Source: Marispirochaeta sp.
GTDB lineage: Bacteria > Spirochaetota > Spirochaetia > JC444 > Marispirochaetaceae
Direction of reading: 5' to 3'
DNA length: 64,000 nt
NCBI GenBank assembly: GCA_963676835.2
Contig: CAXXFF010000003.1
Coordinates: 416,001 to 480,000 of the forward strand
This document shows, in pieces, positions 49,582 through 59,397 of the stretch (position 1 is the first letter of the stretch; every line of letters begins with the position of its first letter). Position numbers and translations under genes: made by a program. The notes under the pieces are model-generated. The model searched no databases. It was not told the DNA's origin and worked only from the letters and a program-made list of their open reading frames with translations.

Positions 49582-50088
49582 ATGGAACGTTCAGTAACTA
49601 CCATGGCAGGAAATAGCGTAACCCTCGTTGGACCGGAACTCAAAGTAGGAGACAAAGCACCGGATTTTACTGTGCTTGATAACGATCTAAATCCCAAAAC
49701 ACTCAGCGATTTTGCAGGCAAGAAAAAGCTGATCAGTGTTGTGCCCTCTCTGGACACCGGTGTTTGTGATGCGCAGACAAGACGGTTCAATGAAGCAGCT
49801 TCATCCTTCGGTGAAGATGTAGTAGTTCTTACCATCAGCATGGACCTGCCTTTTGCACAGGGTCGCTGGTGCGGAGCAGCCGGAGTAGAAAGAGTGGTAA
49901 CCCTTTCCGACCACAGAGATGCGGACTTCGGTCAGCGTTACGGCCTTTTAATCAAGGAACTGAGACTTCTCAACCGGGCCATATTCATTGTTGATTCTAA
50001 CGATGTGATCCGCTATATTGAGTTAGTAGAAGAAAATACTAACCACCCCGATTATAATGCAGCCCTTGCGGCGGTGATGGAGCTTTAA
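49582..50088 (+). CDS. tpx: Thiol peroxidase
   Basis: [20 protein letters not shown]. Confidence 0.95.
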   Translation: MERSVTTMAGNSVTLVGPELKVGDKAPDFTVLDNDLNPKTLSDFAGKKKLISVVPSLDTGVCDAQTRRFNEAASSFGEDVVVLTISMDLPFAQGRWCGAAGVERVVTLSDHRDADFGQRYGLLIKELRLLNRAIFIVDSNDVIRYIELVEENTNHPDYNAALAAVMEL

Positions 50089-50128
50089 GCAGATCACCCA
50101 CTACTTCATCGGGGAAGAGAGGAAGACT

Positions 50129-51331
50129 ATGATAGCTACTTCTATCCGCGATGATGTCTACGCAATTACCGTTAATGACAGGACCACAGACCTTTTCGAA
50201 GGTCTGTGGCCTATTTCCCAGGAGGGAGTGAGCTATAACTCCTACCTGGTAAAAGATGAAAAAACAGCATTAATTGAGCTTACCAAGGAGTTTAAAACTG
50301 ACGAACTCTTTGACCAGGTAAGCGAAATTAAATCAATTCAGGACATTGATTATCTTATAATCAACCATATGGAGCCCGACCATACGGGAGCCATGAAATC
50401 CCTGCACCTGCTTAATCCAAATCTGACAATTATCTGTACCCCCAAAGCCCGGCCGATGATAGAAAACTATTACGGTATTACGGAAAATATCCGCGAAGTG
50501 GCCGATGGAGAAGAACTTTCTCTGGGAAAAAAGACACTTAAGTTCTTTCATACACCCTTTGTTCACTGGCCGGAAACAATGATGACCTACATTGTTGAAG
50601 AAAAAGTACTCTTCTCCTGTGACGGTTTCGGCGGGTATGGAGCATTAACCGGTGCCATCTTTGACGACCAGATTCAGGATCTTGATTTTTATATAAAAGA
50701 ATCCCTTCGCTACTACACCAACATTGTAGCCAAATTTACAAAACCCGTTCTCAATGCCATAGAAAAGCTTGCAGATATTCCTGTTGAGGTTATTGCTCCC
50801 TCCCACGGACTTCTGTGGCGAAAAGATCCCGGCAAAATTGTAGAGCTGTACAAAAAATGGTCGGAATATGGCACAGGAGACAACGAGGCGGGTGTAACCC
50901 TTCTTTACGGCTCCATGTATGGTAACACCGAAGCGGTAATGAACTATGTTGCAAAAGGACTCTGTTCCGAAGGTGTTCCTGTTCAGATCTTTGATGTAGC
51001 CAGAACCCACATGAGCTACATTCTCCCCTCACTCTGGGTAAACAAGGGTGTAATGATCGGCGCTCCGACCTATGAAGGAAGTCTTTTTCCCGCCATGGGG
51101 CTGGCACTCGAAGAAGCATCAATAAAGCGGGTTCTGAACAAGAAAACCGCCTATTTCGGCAGCTACGGCTGGTCCGGCGGAGCTCTTCGGCAGATCAAGA
51201 AGCTGATTGAACCCATTAAATGGGAAATGGTGGACACCTTCGAATTCGCCGGCGGCCCGGGAGATGCAGAACTTCAAAAAGCCATCGAATTCGGCGCAGC
51301 CTTCGCCCGCATGATCAAAGAAGATCAATAA
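50129..51331 (+). CDS. fprA: Class A flavodiiron protein (O2/NO reductase)
   Basis: YNSYL, HMEPDH, HWPE, FSCD.FG, PSHG; flavodoxin domain SMYGNT and GSYGWSG. Confidence 0.93.
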   Translation: MIATSIRDDVYAITVNDRTTDLFEGLWPISQEGVSYNSYLVKDEKTALIELTKEFKTDELFDQVSEIKSIQDIDYLIINHMEPDHTGAMKSLHLLNPNLTIICTPKARPMIENYYGITENIREVADGEELSLGKKTLKFFHTPFVHWPETMMTYIVEEKVLFSCDGFGGYGALTGAIFDDQIQDLDFYIKESLRYYTNIVAKFTKPVLNAIEKLADIPVEVIAPSHGLLWRKDPGKIVELYKKWSEYGTGDNEAGVTLLYGSMYGNTEAVMNYVAKGLCSEGVPVQIFDVARTHMSYILPSLWVNKGVMIGAPTYEGSLFPAMGLALEEASIKRVLNKKTAYFGSYGWSGGALRQIKKLIEPIKWEMVDTFEFAGGPGDAELQKAIEFGAAFARMIKEDQ

Positions 51332-51345
51332 AAAGTCTCATATCC

Positions 51346-51526
51346 GCAAAGCCGCCCTATTAGGGCGGCTCCATCAATATCATCAATCCATATTAAATAT
51401 AAATCCCAAAAACCTGCAATACAGCAAAGCCGCCCTATTAGGGCGGCTCCATCAATATCATCAATCCATATAAATATAAATCCCAAAAACCCGCAATACA
51501 GCAAAGCCGCCCTATTAGGGCGGCTC
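51346..51526. repeat. Tandem repeat (77-78 bp period) carrying three identical 26-bp hairpin units; probable triplicated terminator
   Basis: GCAAAGCCGCCCTATTAGGGCGGCTC at 51346, 51424 and 51501; the two intervening segments differ by one indel and one substitution. Confidence 0.92.
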
Positions 51527-51541
51527 AACCAAATTGATTGT

Positions 51542-53284
51542 CTATTTCCGGTATAGAGGCCGGGGAATATACATGGTGTGAAGCAGCTCATGTGCCTTGT
51601 GGCTGAGGGGTTCACCAAGGAACTCATCGTAGATCTGCTTGATTTCGGGGTTGTGGTGAGAACAGCGTACAGTTGACCGTTCGTCATCGCTGTAGAGGCC
51701 TGCAATTCTCTTTTCACGAACCTTATCATCAGTATTGTAGGGCTGACCACCACCGGCGATACAACCACCACGGCAGGCCATTACCTCAATAAAGTGATAA
51801 GGAGGCTCTTCACCCTTTTCACGAGCTTCCTGTATTTCCCGCATTACGGCTTTAACATTAGCCATTCCGTGGGCTACAGCAACCTTCACCTTGGTGCCCT
51901 TGATATCAACTTCACCAGAGCGAACACCTTCCATTCCACGGACAGCTTCGATATTTACGTCTTTCAGCTCTTCACCGGTTACCAGTGCATAAGCAGTACG
52001 TACAGCAGCTTCCATTACACCGCCGGTGTTACCGAAGATGGTTCCCGCACCTGAGTAGTGGCCGATGGGAGAATCTGCCTGCTCATCCGGAAGAGAAGCA
52101 AAATCGATTCCCATTGCTTTTATCAGCCGTGCAAGTTCTCGGGTAGTAAGAACAAGATCCACATCCTGGTATCCGGAAGAGTACATCTTCTCACAGCGGA
52201 TAATTTCCCACTTCTTTGCAGTACAGGGCATAATAGACGCAGAGTAGATCTTTGCAGGATCAACACCGGCCTTCTGTGCATAATAGGTTTTGGTAATAGC
52301 TCCCTGCATCATCTGGGGACTCTTGGCAGTTGAGAAGTGGGGGATCATATCCGGGAAGTACTTCTCCATGTAGTCCGTCCAGGCAGGACAGCAGCTGGTA
52401 ATCTGAGGCAGAGTTCCGCCTTCAGTAATTCTTTTAACCAGCTCGGTTCCTTCTTCCATGATAGTAAGGTCCGCTGCAAAGTTGGTATCGAACACTACAT
52501 CCACACCGATACGGCGCAGAGCAGCATAGATTTTCCCGGTAGCAATTGTTCCGGGTTCCATACCGAATGCTTCACCGATTGCTACACGGACAGCCGGAGC
52601 CATCTGTACGGCAACGTGCTTTTCGGGGTCCCGAATAGCATTCAGCAGTTTTGCTGTTTCATCTACTTCGTAGATAGCACCTACAGGACAGTGGGCAGAA
52701 CACTGACCGCATTTAATACAGGGAGTCTCGTTAAGTACAACATCTCCTGCTCCGGCCATACGGGTTCCATCACCACGGCCAATGAACTCAAGGGCCCATA
52801 CATCCTGAAGCTGCTGGCAGACATTTACACAGCGTCCGCACTTGATACATTTTTCAGGGTTGAGAACAATTGAAGGAGTTGACTCATCAACAGGGATTTC
52901 CTGAATACGGGTTTCGTAGGGAACGTCCCGGATTCCGAAGTCTGCTGCCAGGGTCTGCAGTTCGCAGTTACCGTTTCTGGGACAGCGGAGACAGTCATTG
53001 GGATGAGTAGAAAGAATAAGCTGTATTACAGTACGGCGTACTTCATGCAGCTCAGGGTCGTGGGTAATTACACTCATGCCCTCTGAAACCTTTGCAGCAC
53101 AGGCACGCAGCAGTTTGGGGGAACCTTCAATCTTTACAACACAGATTCCACAGGCTGCCCATGCGGGAAGGTCAGGGTGATAACAGAGCTTAGGTATCTT
53201 GATTCCCGCAGCAGTGGCTGCGTTCAGTATGGTGGTCCCCTCCTCGACCTGAAGGGGCACGCCGTTGATCTTTATATTAACCAT
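51542..53284 (-). CDS. hndD: [FeFe]-hydrogenase catalytic subunit (group A, HndD/HydA)
   Basis: H-cluster motifs TSCCPAW, MPCTAKKWE and EVMACRGGCIAGGGQP; N-terminal 2Fe-2S, His-ligated 4Fe-4S and 2x4Fe-4S domains. Confidence 0.95.
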   Translation of the reverse strand: MVNIKINGVPLQVEEGTTILNAATAAGIKIPKLCYHPDLPAWAACGICVVKIEGSPKLLRACAAKVSEGMSVITHDPELHEVRRTVIQLILSTHPNDCLRCPRNGNCELQTLAADFGIRDVPYETRIQEIPVDESTPSIVLNPEKCIKCGRCVNVCQQLQDVWALEFIGRGDGTRMAGAGDVVLNETPCIKCGQCSAHCPVGAIYEVDETAKLLNAIRDPEKHVAVQMAPAVRVAIGEAFGMEPGTIATGKIYAALRRIGVDVVFDTNFAADLTIMEEGTELVKRITEGGTLPQITSCCPAWTDYMEKYFPDMIPHFSTAKSPQMMQGAITKTYYAQKAGVDPAKIYSASIMPCTAKKWEIIRCEKMYSSGYQDVDLVLTTRELARLIKAMGIDFASLPDEQADSPIGHYSGAGTIFGNTGGVMEAAVRTAYALVTGEELKDVNIEAVRGMEGVRSGEVDIKGTKVKVAVAHGMANVKAVMREIQEAREKGEEPPYHFIEVMACRGGCIAGGGQPYNTDDKVREKRIAGLYSDDERSTVRCSHHNPEIKQIYDEFLGEPLSHKAHELLHTMYIPRPLYRK

Positions 53285-53300
53285 AGTACTATTCCTCTCC

Positions 53301-55088
53301 TTACTTCTTCAGCACCGCGTCGAACTTACATGCTTTGAAACATTCGCCGCACTTGATACACGCGCTGGAATCGATTTCGTGGGGTGCCCGTTTTTCACCG
53401 CTGATACAGTTAACAGGACAACGCCGTGCACACAGACCACAACCGATACATTTTTCTGCATCGATTACATACTGAGTAAGGTCTTTACATTTTCCGGCAG
53501 GACATTTCTGCTCGGTAATATGTGCTTCGTATTCATCTGCAAAGTACTTCATAGTAGACAGCGTGGGGTTGGGAGCTGTCTGACCGAGACCGCAGAGAGA
53601 AGCCTTTTTCATGGCAGAACCGATGGACTTCAGTTTCTCGAGGTCTTCATGAGTTCCTTTTCCCTTGGTGATCTTGTCGAGAATGTCGTACATGCTCTTT
53701 CCGCCCACACGGCAGGGTGAACATTTACCACAGGATTCCTCAACACAGAACTCCAGGTAGAACTTGGCGATATCGATCATACAGTCGTCTTCGTCCATAA
53801 CGATCATACCGCCGGATCCCATCATGGAACCAAGCTTGATAAGGTTATCGTAGTCAATGGGAGTATCAAGATAATCCGCCTTGATCACACCACCGGAAGG
53901 TCCGCCGGTCTGAACCGCCTTGAACGCTTTTCCGTCCTTGATTCCTCCACCGATGTCGAAAACAATCTCCCGGAGGGTAGTTCCCATGGGAACCTCAACC
54001 AGACCGGAGTTGTTGATTTTACCGGTAAGAGCAAAAACCTTGGTTCCGCTGGAGCCTTCGGTTCCGATCTTGCTGAACCACTCTCCGCCCTTGTTGATGA
54101 TTACAGGAATATTCGCCCAGGTTTCAACATTGTTGATAACTGTCGGTTTCTGCCAGATACCTGCAATAGCAGGGAACGGAGGCCGTGGACGGGGCATTCC
54201 GCGTTCACCCTCGAGGGATGCTATAAGTGCAGTCTCTTCACCACAGACGAAGGCACCTGCACCGAGTCTGATTTCGATGTCGAAATCAAAACCGCTTCCA
54301 AGGATATTCTTACCGAGAAGGTTCATTTCCCGGGCCTGGCCCATGGCAGTCTTAAGTCTTTTGATTGCAAGGGGATATTCCGCACGGATGTAGATGTAGC
54401 CCATGTTGGCACCGACAGTCTTACCGGCGATGGTCATTGCCTCAAGTACACTGTGGGGGTCACCTTCAAGGGTTGAGCGGTCCATGTAGGCACCGGGGTC
54501 GCCCTCGTCGGCATTACAGGCAATATATTTTTCGTCTGAATCGACGTCCTTGGTAAACTTCCACTTCATCCAGGTAGGGAAACCTGCACCACCGCGTCCG
54601 CGGAGTTTGGAAGTCTTCAGCTCTTCGAGAACCTCGTCGGGGGTCATTTCGAAAAGAACCTTTTCAAGGGCGGCATATCCGTCGCGGGCTATGTACTCGT
54701 TGATGTCATCGGGGTTGATGAATCCACAGTTGCGCAGAACTATACGGAACTGCTTCTGGTAGAACTCAATGTCGTCTACACTGGCACGTTCCATGCTTTT
54801 TGACTTATCGTACAGAAGCCGGGGAACTTCACGGCCTTTTACCAGGTGCTCGTTTACAATCTCTTCCGCATCTTCAGGTTTTACCTGGACATAGAAAGAT
54901 TCATCCGGAAGAACCTTGACAATGGGTCCCTGCTCACAGAAACCGAAACAACCGGTTTTGAGGATCTGAACATCCTTGTTGATACCGGCTTTTTCGGAAG
55001 CAGCCATAAGATTTTTGTAGATATCATCAGCTTTGGCAGACTCACAGCCTGTACCACCGCAGACAAGTACGTAATTTTTGTAGCTCAT
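53301..55088 (-). CDS. hndC: NuoF-like FMN/NAD(P)H subunit (HndC/HydB)
   Basis: LRGRGGAGFP, NADEGDPG, GAGAFVCGEET, GGPSGG, ESCGKCSPC, C-terminal 2x4Fe-4S; start ATG 55088 preceded by GGGGAG. Confidence 0.94.
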   Translation of the reverse strand: MSYKNYVLVCGGTGCESAKADDIYKNLMAASEKAGINKDVQILKTGCFGFCEQGPIVKVLPDESFYVQVKPEDAEEIVNEHLVKGREVPRLLYDKSKSMERASVDDIEFYQKQFRIVLRNCGFINPDDINEYIARDGYAALEKVLFEMTPDEVLEELKTSKLRGRGGAGFPTWMKWKFTKDVDSDEKYIACNADEGDPGAYMDRSTLEGDPHSVLEAMTIAGKTVGANMGYIYIRAEYPLAIKRLKTAMGQAREMNLLGKNILGSGFDFDIEIRLGAGAFVCGEETALIASLEGERGMPRPRPPFPAIAGIWQKPTVINNVETWANIPVIINKGGEWFSKIGTEGSSGTKVFALTGKINNSGLVEVPMGTTLREIVFDIGGGIKDGKAFKAVQTGGPSGGVIKADYLDTPIDYDNLIKLGSMMGSGGMIVMDEDDCMIDIAKFYLEFCVEESCGKCSPCRVGGKSMYDILDKITKGKGTHEDLEKLKSIGSAMKKASLCGLGQTAPNPTLSTMKYFADEYEAHITEQKCPAGKCKDLTQYVIDAEKCIGCGLCARRCPVNCISGEKRAPHEIDSSACIKCGECFKACKFDAVLKK

Positions 55089-55092
55089 TAAC

Positions 55093-55482
55093 CTACTCCC
55101 CCTTGTCCATGATATCCGCTGCAGGACGGTCAAAGATATGATCGTTAACAAGCTCCTGCTTCATGATATGCTTATGTACAATTTTGCGGGCAACAGCATC
55201 GTCCACCTTGCCGTAAATAACGGTAGGCATGCCGGGCATGATTACCTCAACGGTGGGCTCGGCGTAACAGAGGCCAAGACAGCCGGTCTGTTTTACCACT
55301 ACTTCACTGAGGTTTTTCTGATCAAGCTCATCAAGAAATGCAGCATGAACATTGCGGGATCCCGCTGCAATACCGCAGGTTCCTCCGCCTACAATTATCT
55401 GGATATTCTTGCCGGCGACATCCCGTCGGCTCATCTCCTTCTTTTTCTGCTCCCTGAGGGCGCGCAGTTCTTCCAAAGTCAT
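55093..55482 (-). CDS. hndB: Thioredoxin-like [2Fe-2S] ferredoxin subunit (HndB/HydD)
   Basis: GTCGIAAG, TGCLGLC..EP.VEV. Confidence 0.88.
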   Translation of the reverse strand: MTLEELRALREQKKKEMSRRDVAGKNIQIIVGGGTCGIAAGSRNVHAAFLDELDQKNLSEVVVKQTGCLGLCYAEPTVEVIMPGMPTVIYGKVDDAVARKIVHKHIMKQELVNDHIFDRPAADIMDKGE

Positions 55483-55498
55483 GGTACTGCTCCTTTAT

Positions 55499-56047
55499 TT
55501 ACAATTCAGTTTCGTGGGACGCCATAAACTGACGTACCAGACTCTGGGATGCTGCACTATCCAGCTCCCCCAGAGCTTCGACCAGGTCGGATCGGCTGAC
55601 GCTGTACCCGCGTTCACCATCTCCTTCCCCGATCCAGCGGTGGATAACCACCTCGTGATCTCCCTGCTTCAGCATTATCATGGCGAAGGTGCCGGAAAGA
55701 TCTCCCACAGGGGGAGTATCTATATTATCCAGGGGGAACATAAAATGAACTTCCGTTCCCCGTCCCGGTACAGAGCTGATACTGAACTCTCCGGAACACA
55801 TCTCCACCGTCTGAATCAGAAAGGGAATGCCCAGCCCAACCTTTCGGCCGGGATGCTTTACACCATCGGTATAGTAGGGATCCTGAATCTGCTTCAGCAG
55901 TTCCTGATCCATGCCGCTTCCGGTATCCTTTATGGAAACCCTCAGCGCCTTTTCTGTTTCCCTTACTACAAGTTCAACCCTGTCGGCTCCGGCCTCCAGG
56001 GAGTTGTCTGTGAGATCAAGAATGAAATCACCGACGGTTTGGTGCAT
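55499..56047 (-). CDS. Stand-alone HATPase_c (GHKL ATP-binding) protein inside the hydrogenase operon
   Basis: DLTDNSLEAGA N-box, DTGSGM G1, DPYYT, VGLGIP G2, S.PGRGT. Confidence 0.88.
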   Translation of the reverse strand: MHQTVGDFILDLTDNSLEAGADRVELVVRETEKALRVSIKDTGSGMDQELLKQIQDPYYTDGVKHPGRKVGLGIPFLIQTVEMCSGEFSISSVPGRGTEVHFMFPLDNIDTPPVGDLSGTFAMIMLKQGDHEVVIHRWIGEGDGERGYSVSRSDLVEALGELDSAASQSLVRQFMASHETEL

Positions 56048-56532
56048 CAGGCATTCCGGAACTGGGCTATAATATCGGGAAGCACATCTTTGGTTACCTT
56101 ACCGAAGACCTCTTCTCCGACTACCAGAACCGGTGCAAGACCGCAGCAGCCTACACAGCGAACTGCTTCGATGGAGAACATGCCGTCATCGGTTACTTCA
56201 TTGACACCGATACCGAGCAGATTTTCCATCTCCTGGATTACATCTTCACCGCCCTTAAGATAACAGGCAGTTCCCATGCAAACCTGGATGTTGTACTTGC
56301 CTGGTTTGTTGAGTTTGAAAAAGTGATAAAAAGTTATGACGCCGTAAATCTTTGCCAGTGGAACATCAATAAGATCTGCAACCTTCATTGCTGCCTGACG
56401 TGGAATGTAGCCGAACTCTTCCTGGACTCTATGCAGAATCATTATCAGGTTGCCCGGTTTCTTTTTCCATTCCTCAATATACGACTCCAGTTCAGCGGAG
56501 AACTGAATATCCGCCACCATTTGAGTAGACAT
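56047..56532 (-). CDS. hndA: NuoE-like [2Fe-2S] subunit (HndA/HydC)
   Basis: LH..Q..FGYIP, TFYHFF, VCMGTAC, RCVGCCGLAP. Confidence 0.93.
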   Translation of the reverse strand: MSTQMVADIQFSAELESYIEEWKKKPGNLIMILHRVQEEFGYIPRQAAMKVADLIDVPLAKIYGVITFYHFFKLNKPGKYNIQVCMGTACYLKGGEDVIQEMENLLGIGVNEVTDDGMFSIEAVRCVGCCGLAPVLVVGEEVFGKVTKDVLPDIIAQFRNA

Positions 56533-56697
56533 GAAACCTCCCTTGTCCTACAATCGCATTATAACCTTGTTGAAAGCGATTTTAGCGGGTTGTCATGTAT
56601 TGATCAAGTATTTAATATGCCCGAAGGAGAAAATATTGCTTATAAAATCCAATTAACTTGCTATTTTTTTCATTTTGGTGTATTTTTATCACAGTTT

Positions 56698-56715
56698 ATG
56701 TGAACAGCATCACTT
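56698..56715. promoter_or_regulatory. Candidate Rex operator in the hnd/rex divergent region
   Basis: ATGTGAA-CAGC-ATCACTT (10/14); weaker site TTGTCATGTATTGATCAA at 56590-56607. Confidence 0.45.
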
Positions 56716-56730
56716 TATCGAGAGAGTTAA

Positions 56731-57387
56731 ATGAATAAAGAGCTTATATTAAGACTAACAAAATACAAGCGGATACTTAATAAACTCAAGGCACTGGGCC
56801 TTGAACGGGTGTTTTCCAACAATCTTGGAGACGCAATCGGTGTTTCTCCTGCACTGGTACGCAAAGACTTTTCAAATCTCAGCCTTCCCGGAAACAAACG
56901 GGGCGGCTACAACATAGATGAACTGACAGAAAGACTGGACAAAGTACTGGGGTATGATGAAAATCAGGACGTTGTAATTGTAGGCTGCGGTAAAATCGGC
57001 ACAGCTCTTATGCGTTTTGATGAGTTTCATCATGAGGGTATCCGTATAAAGGCGGGATTCGACAGTGCGCCGGAAAACGTGGACAATTCCACAGAGATCC
57101 CGGTGTATCCCATGGAACAGCTGACGGAGTTTGTAAAGAAGAACGAAATCCGGGTAGGTATAATAGCCGTTCCGGACAACGCTGCCTCCCAGGTTTTTGA
57201 AACCATGCTCAATGCGGGTATACGGGGTATTCTCAACTTTGCTGCGGTGGAACTGAAGTGCGGCCCATCGGAAAGGGAGTGTCCGGTTAACTGTACCGTC
57301 CATAACGTGAATATCGGACTGGAAATAGAACACCTCTTCTACCAGCTCAACCTTACCGACTCCGCCTGCGGAGAAAAGGAAGAGTAG
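56731..57387 (+). CDS. rex: Redox-sensing transcriptional repressor Rex
   Basis: RL..Y, VRKDFS...G..RGGY wHTH; VG.GKIG.AL Rossmann; GI.GILNFA. Confidence 0.92.
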   Translation: MNKELILRLTKYKRILNKLKALGLERVFSNNLGDAIGVSPALVRKDFSNLSLPGNKRGGYNIDELTERLDKVLGYDENQDVVIVGCGKIGTALMRFDEFHHEGIRIKAGFDSAPENVDNSTEIPVYPMEQLTEFVKKNEIRVGIIAVPDNAASQVFETMLNAGIRGILNFAAVELKCGPSERECPVNCTVHNVNIGLEIEHLFYQLNLTDSACGEKEE

Positions 57388-57398
57388 AGAGTATTATT

Positions 57399-58262
57399 AT
57401 GACCGATGCTATTACAGTCCCGGTTCTCTTATCTTCGACAGCAGCCCTGCTTTTTGCAGGGCTCTATTTTTTTCAGCTGATACAAAACCGCAGGACAACC
57501 GCACTTCCTGAGGATCTTGCGGTCCGGCTGCATCAGATAGATACCATGGCGAAAGAGATAGAGTCCCTTTCTCAGGCCTTCCGGGTACCAAAAATTAGAG
57601 GAGGTATGGGCGAACGGCTGCTTGAAGATCTGCTGAGAGCCTGGCTGCCGCCGCAATACATTCTTCTTCAGCATCAGTACTCCAACGGCTCACGGGTGGA
57701 TGCAGCCGTTCGGGTGGGAGGGCGTCTTGTCTCCATTGATGCGAAATTCCCCTACGAAAGCCTGTTTCCTCTTCTATCTGATAACGAAGAAATCAGTGAA
57801 ACCCGAAAGATCGGTGAACTCCGCCGGGTTTTCACCCGCCATGTGGATGACATAGCAGAAAAATATATCCGCCCGGAGGATGGAACCTTCCACTTTGCCC
57901 TGCTGTATATTCCTTCGGAAAATCTCTATTACCGGGGTTTTATCGAAGAGCAGACAGGACTGATGGACTACGCTCTGAAAAAAGGTGTTGTACCGGTAAG
58001 TCCGGGGAGCCTTTTTGTCTACCTCCAGACAGTGGCAATCGGCCTGAAAGGCTTTGCCCTCAGTGAAGAACAGAAAAGTCTTATCGACTCCATATACCGG
58101 CTGCAGCGGGACTTCCGCAATTTTGCAAAAGCCTACACCCTGGCAGGAACACATTTGAGAAACGGAGCAAAAAGCTTTGAAGAATCCCTCAGCCGCTTCG
58201 GCAAACTGGAGTCTTCCCTGGAGCAGCTGGCAGAGAAAGGATCTATTCCCGATGAGAGCTGA
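57399..58262 (+). CDS. rmuC: DNA recombination protein RmuC family (short form)
   Basis: PKIRGGMGE..LE, RVDA, IDAKFP, I.EKYI.P..GT..FA..YIPSE. Confidence 0.88.
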   Translation: MTDAITVPVLLSSTAALLFAGLYFFQLIQNRRTTALPEDLAVRLHQIDTMAKEIESLSQAFRVPKIRGGMGERLLEDLLRAWLPPQYILLQHQYSNGSRVDAAVRVGGRLVSIDAKFPYESLFPLLSDNEEISETRKIGELRRVFTRHVDDIAEKYIRPEDGTFHFALLYIPSENLYYRGFIEEQTGLMDYALKKGVVPVSPGSLFVYLQTVAIGLKGFALSEEQKSLIDSIYRLQRDFRNFAKAYTLAGTHLRNGAKSFEESLSRFGKLESSLEQLAEKGSIPDES

Positions 58263-58272
58263 AAACAGAGAT

Positions 58273-59310
58273 TTATCTCTTCTCAAGGACAATCACCAAG
58301 GGGAGATGATCACTGCAGCCTTCAAGGGTGTCCGCATTAAATGCATCAGGACAACCGTATTCATTAAGCAAAAAAGAATCATCCACCCTGACGGCTTCGG
58401 TAACCTCCCAACCATCACCATTCTGTAGATGTTGTGACCAGAAGAGGGAGTCTATCCGCTCCCAGGCTCCGCTGTACCAGTAACTCCCTTCGGACTCACA
58501 CAAACTCCAGAAACTTCCTGCTAATAAACTCTCTTCATCACCTGTTTCCCCGAATAATCCGGCATCTACAGCAGGCACCGTAAGTACCGGCGGAAGAGCA
58601 GCATTATACTCACCAAGGGCCACGGGATAGGGACGGTCTGTATCCCATGGATCCTCATTGAAATCTCCGGCGAGAATAAACGGGGTATCCGGTTCAGTAA
58701 TCTGCAGTTCCTCCATACGAAATTTCAGGCTCTCTGCCGACCTGCGGCGCGCGTCTTCTGTCTCTTCCACCCCGCCCCTGCGTGATTTCCAGTGATTATT
58801 GAAAATGATCAGTGCGGTGTCATCAAGATCGAGTCTTATTTCGAGAATATTGCGTTCACCCTCGCTGCCTCCGGGTTTATGGGTCATCAGGGAAACCACC
58901 GGCCATCTGGAAAGAACGCCTGTCTGGGCTGCAGATCCTTCTGCTATGGGAGCAGCGGAGAAATTATAGGAGAAGCTGATCAGAAAATCATCAGCCAGAT
59001 CTTTAAGAACCCCGGAGTTCTCCACCTCCTGAAAAAGTATCACATCCGGAGTGACAGGCGCTTTCTTTACTGCTGCGGAAACAGCAGCCAGTTTTCCAAG
59101 ATACGCATCGCTGTTCCAGTCACCGGAATCAGGGTCGTATTCGGGGTATTCACTTCCCTGACTGACGTCATCGAAGAGGTTTTCTACATTAAAAGTCATT
59201 ATTACCAGCCTGTCTTTATCCCGGAAAGGATCAAAAGGACAGCCTGTTAACAGAAATGGCAATGCCGATATGATACTAAAGAGCAATAAAAAAGGGATTC
59301 CGGTTTTCAT
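58273..59310 (-). CDS. Endonuclease/exonuclease/phosphatase-family lipoprotein
   Basis: Lipobox LTG-C; FNVENLFD, QEVEN, NHWKS, GDFNE, SDHLP. Confidence 0.88.
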   Translation of the reverse strand: MKTGIPFLLLFSIISALPFLLTGCPFDPFRDKDRLVIMTFNVENLFDDVSQGSEYPEYDPDSGDWNSDAYLGKLAAVSAAVKKAPVTPDVILFQEVENSGVLKDLADDFLISFSYNFSAAPIAEGSAAQTGVLSRWPVVSLMTHKPGGSEGERNILEIRLDLDDTALIIFNNHWKSRRGGVEETEDARRRSAESLKFRMEELQITEPDTPFILAGDFNEDPWDTDRPYPVALGEYNAALPPVLTVPAVDAGLFGETGDEESLLAGSFWSLCESEGSYWYSGAWERIDSLFWSQHLQNGDGWEVTEAVRVDDSFLLNEYGCPDAFNADTLEGCSDHLPLVIVLEKR

Positions 59311-59397
59311 ACTACCTCCTTAATAAGGAGATACCGCCGGAATCCCATTATGCTTCAGCTGACTTATCTGGATGCCAGATTCAGCTGCTTCAGTTTA

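Noticed and set aside
51346..51526. Possible mini-CRISPR array (three palindromic 26-bp repeats)
   Set aside because: The two spacers are near-identical copies, and no cas genes or leader are present; this is a tandem duplication.
51325..51771. 148-aa minus-strand ORF with a repeated peptide
   Set aside because: It overlaps hndD out of frame and simply translates the DNA repeat.
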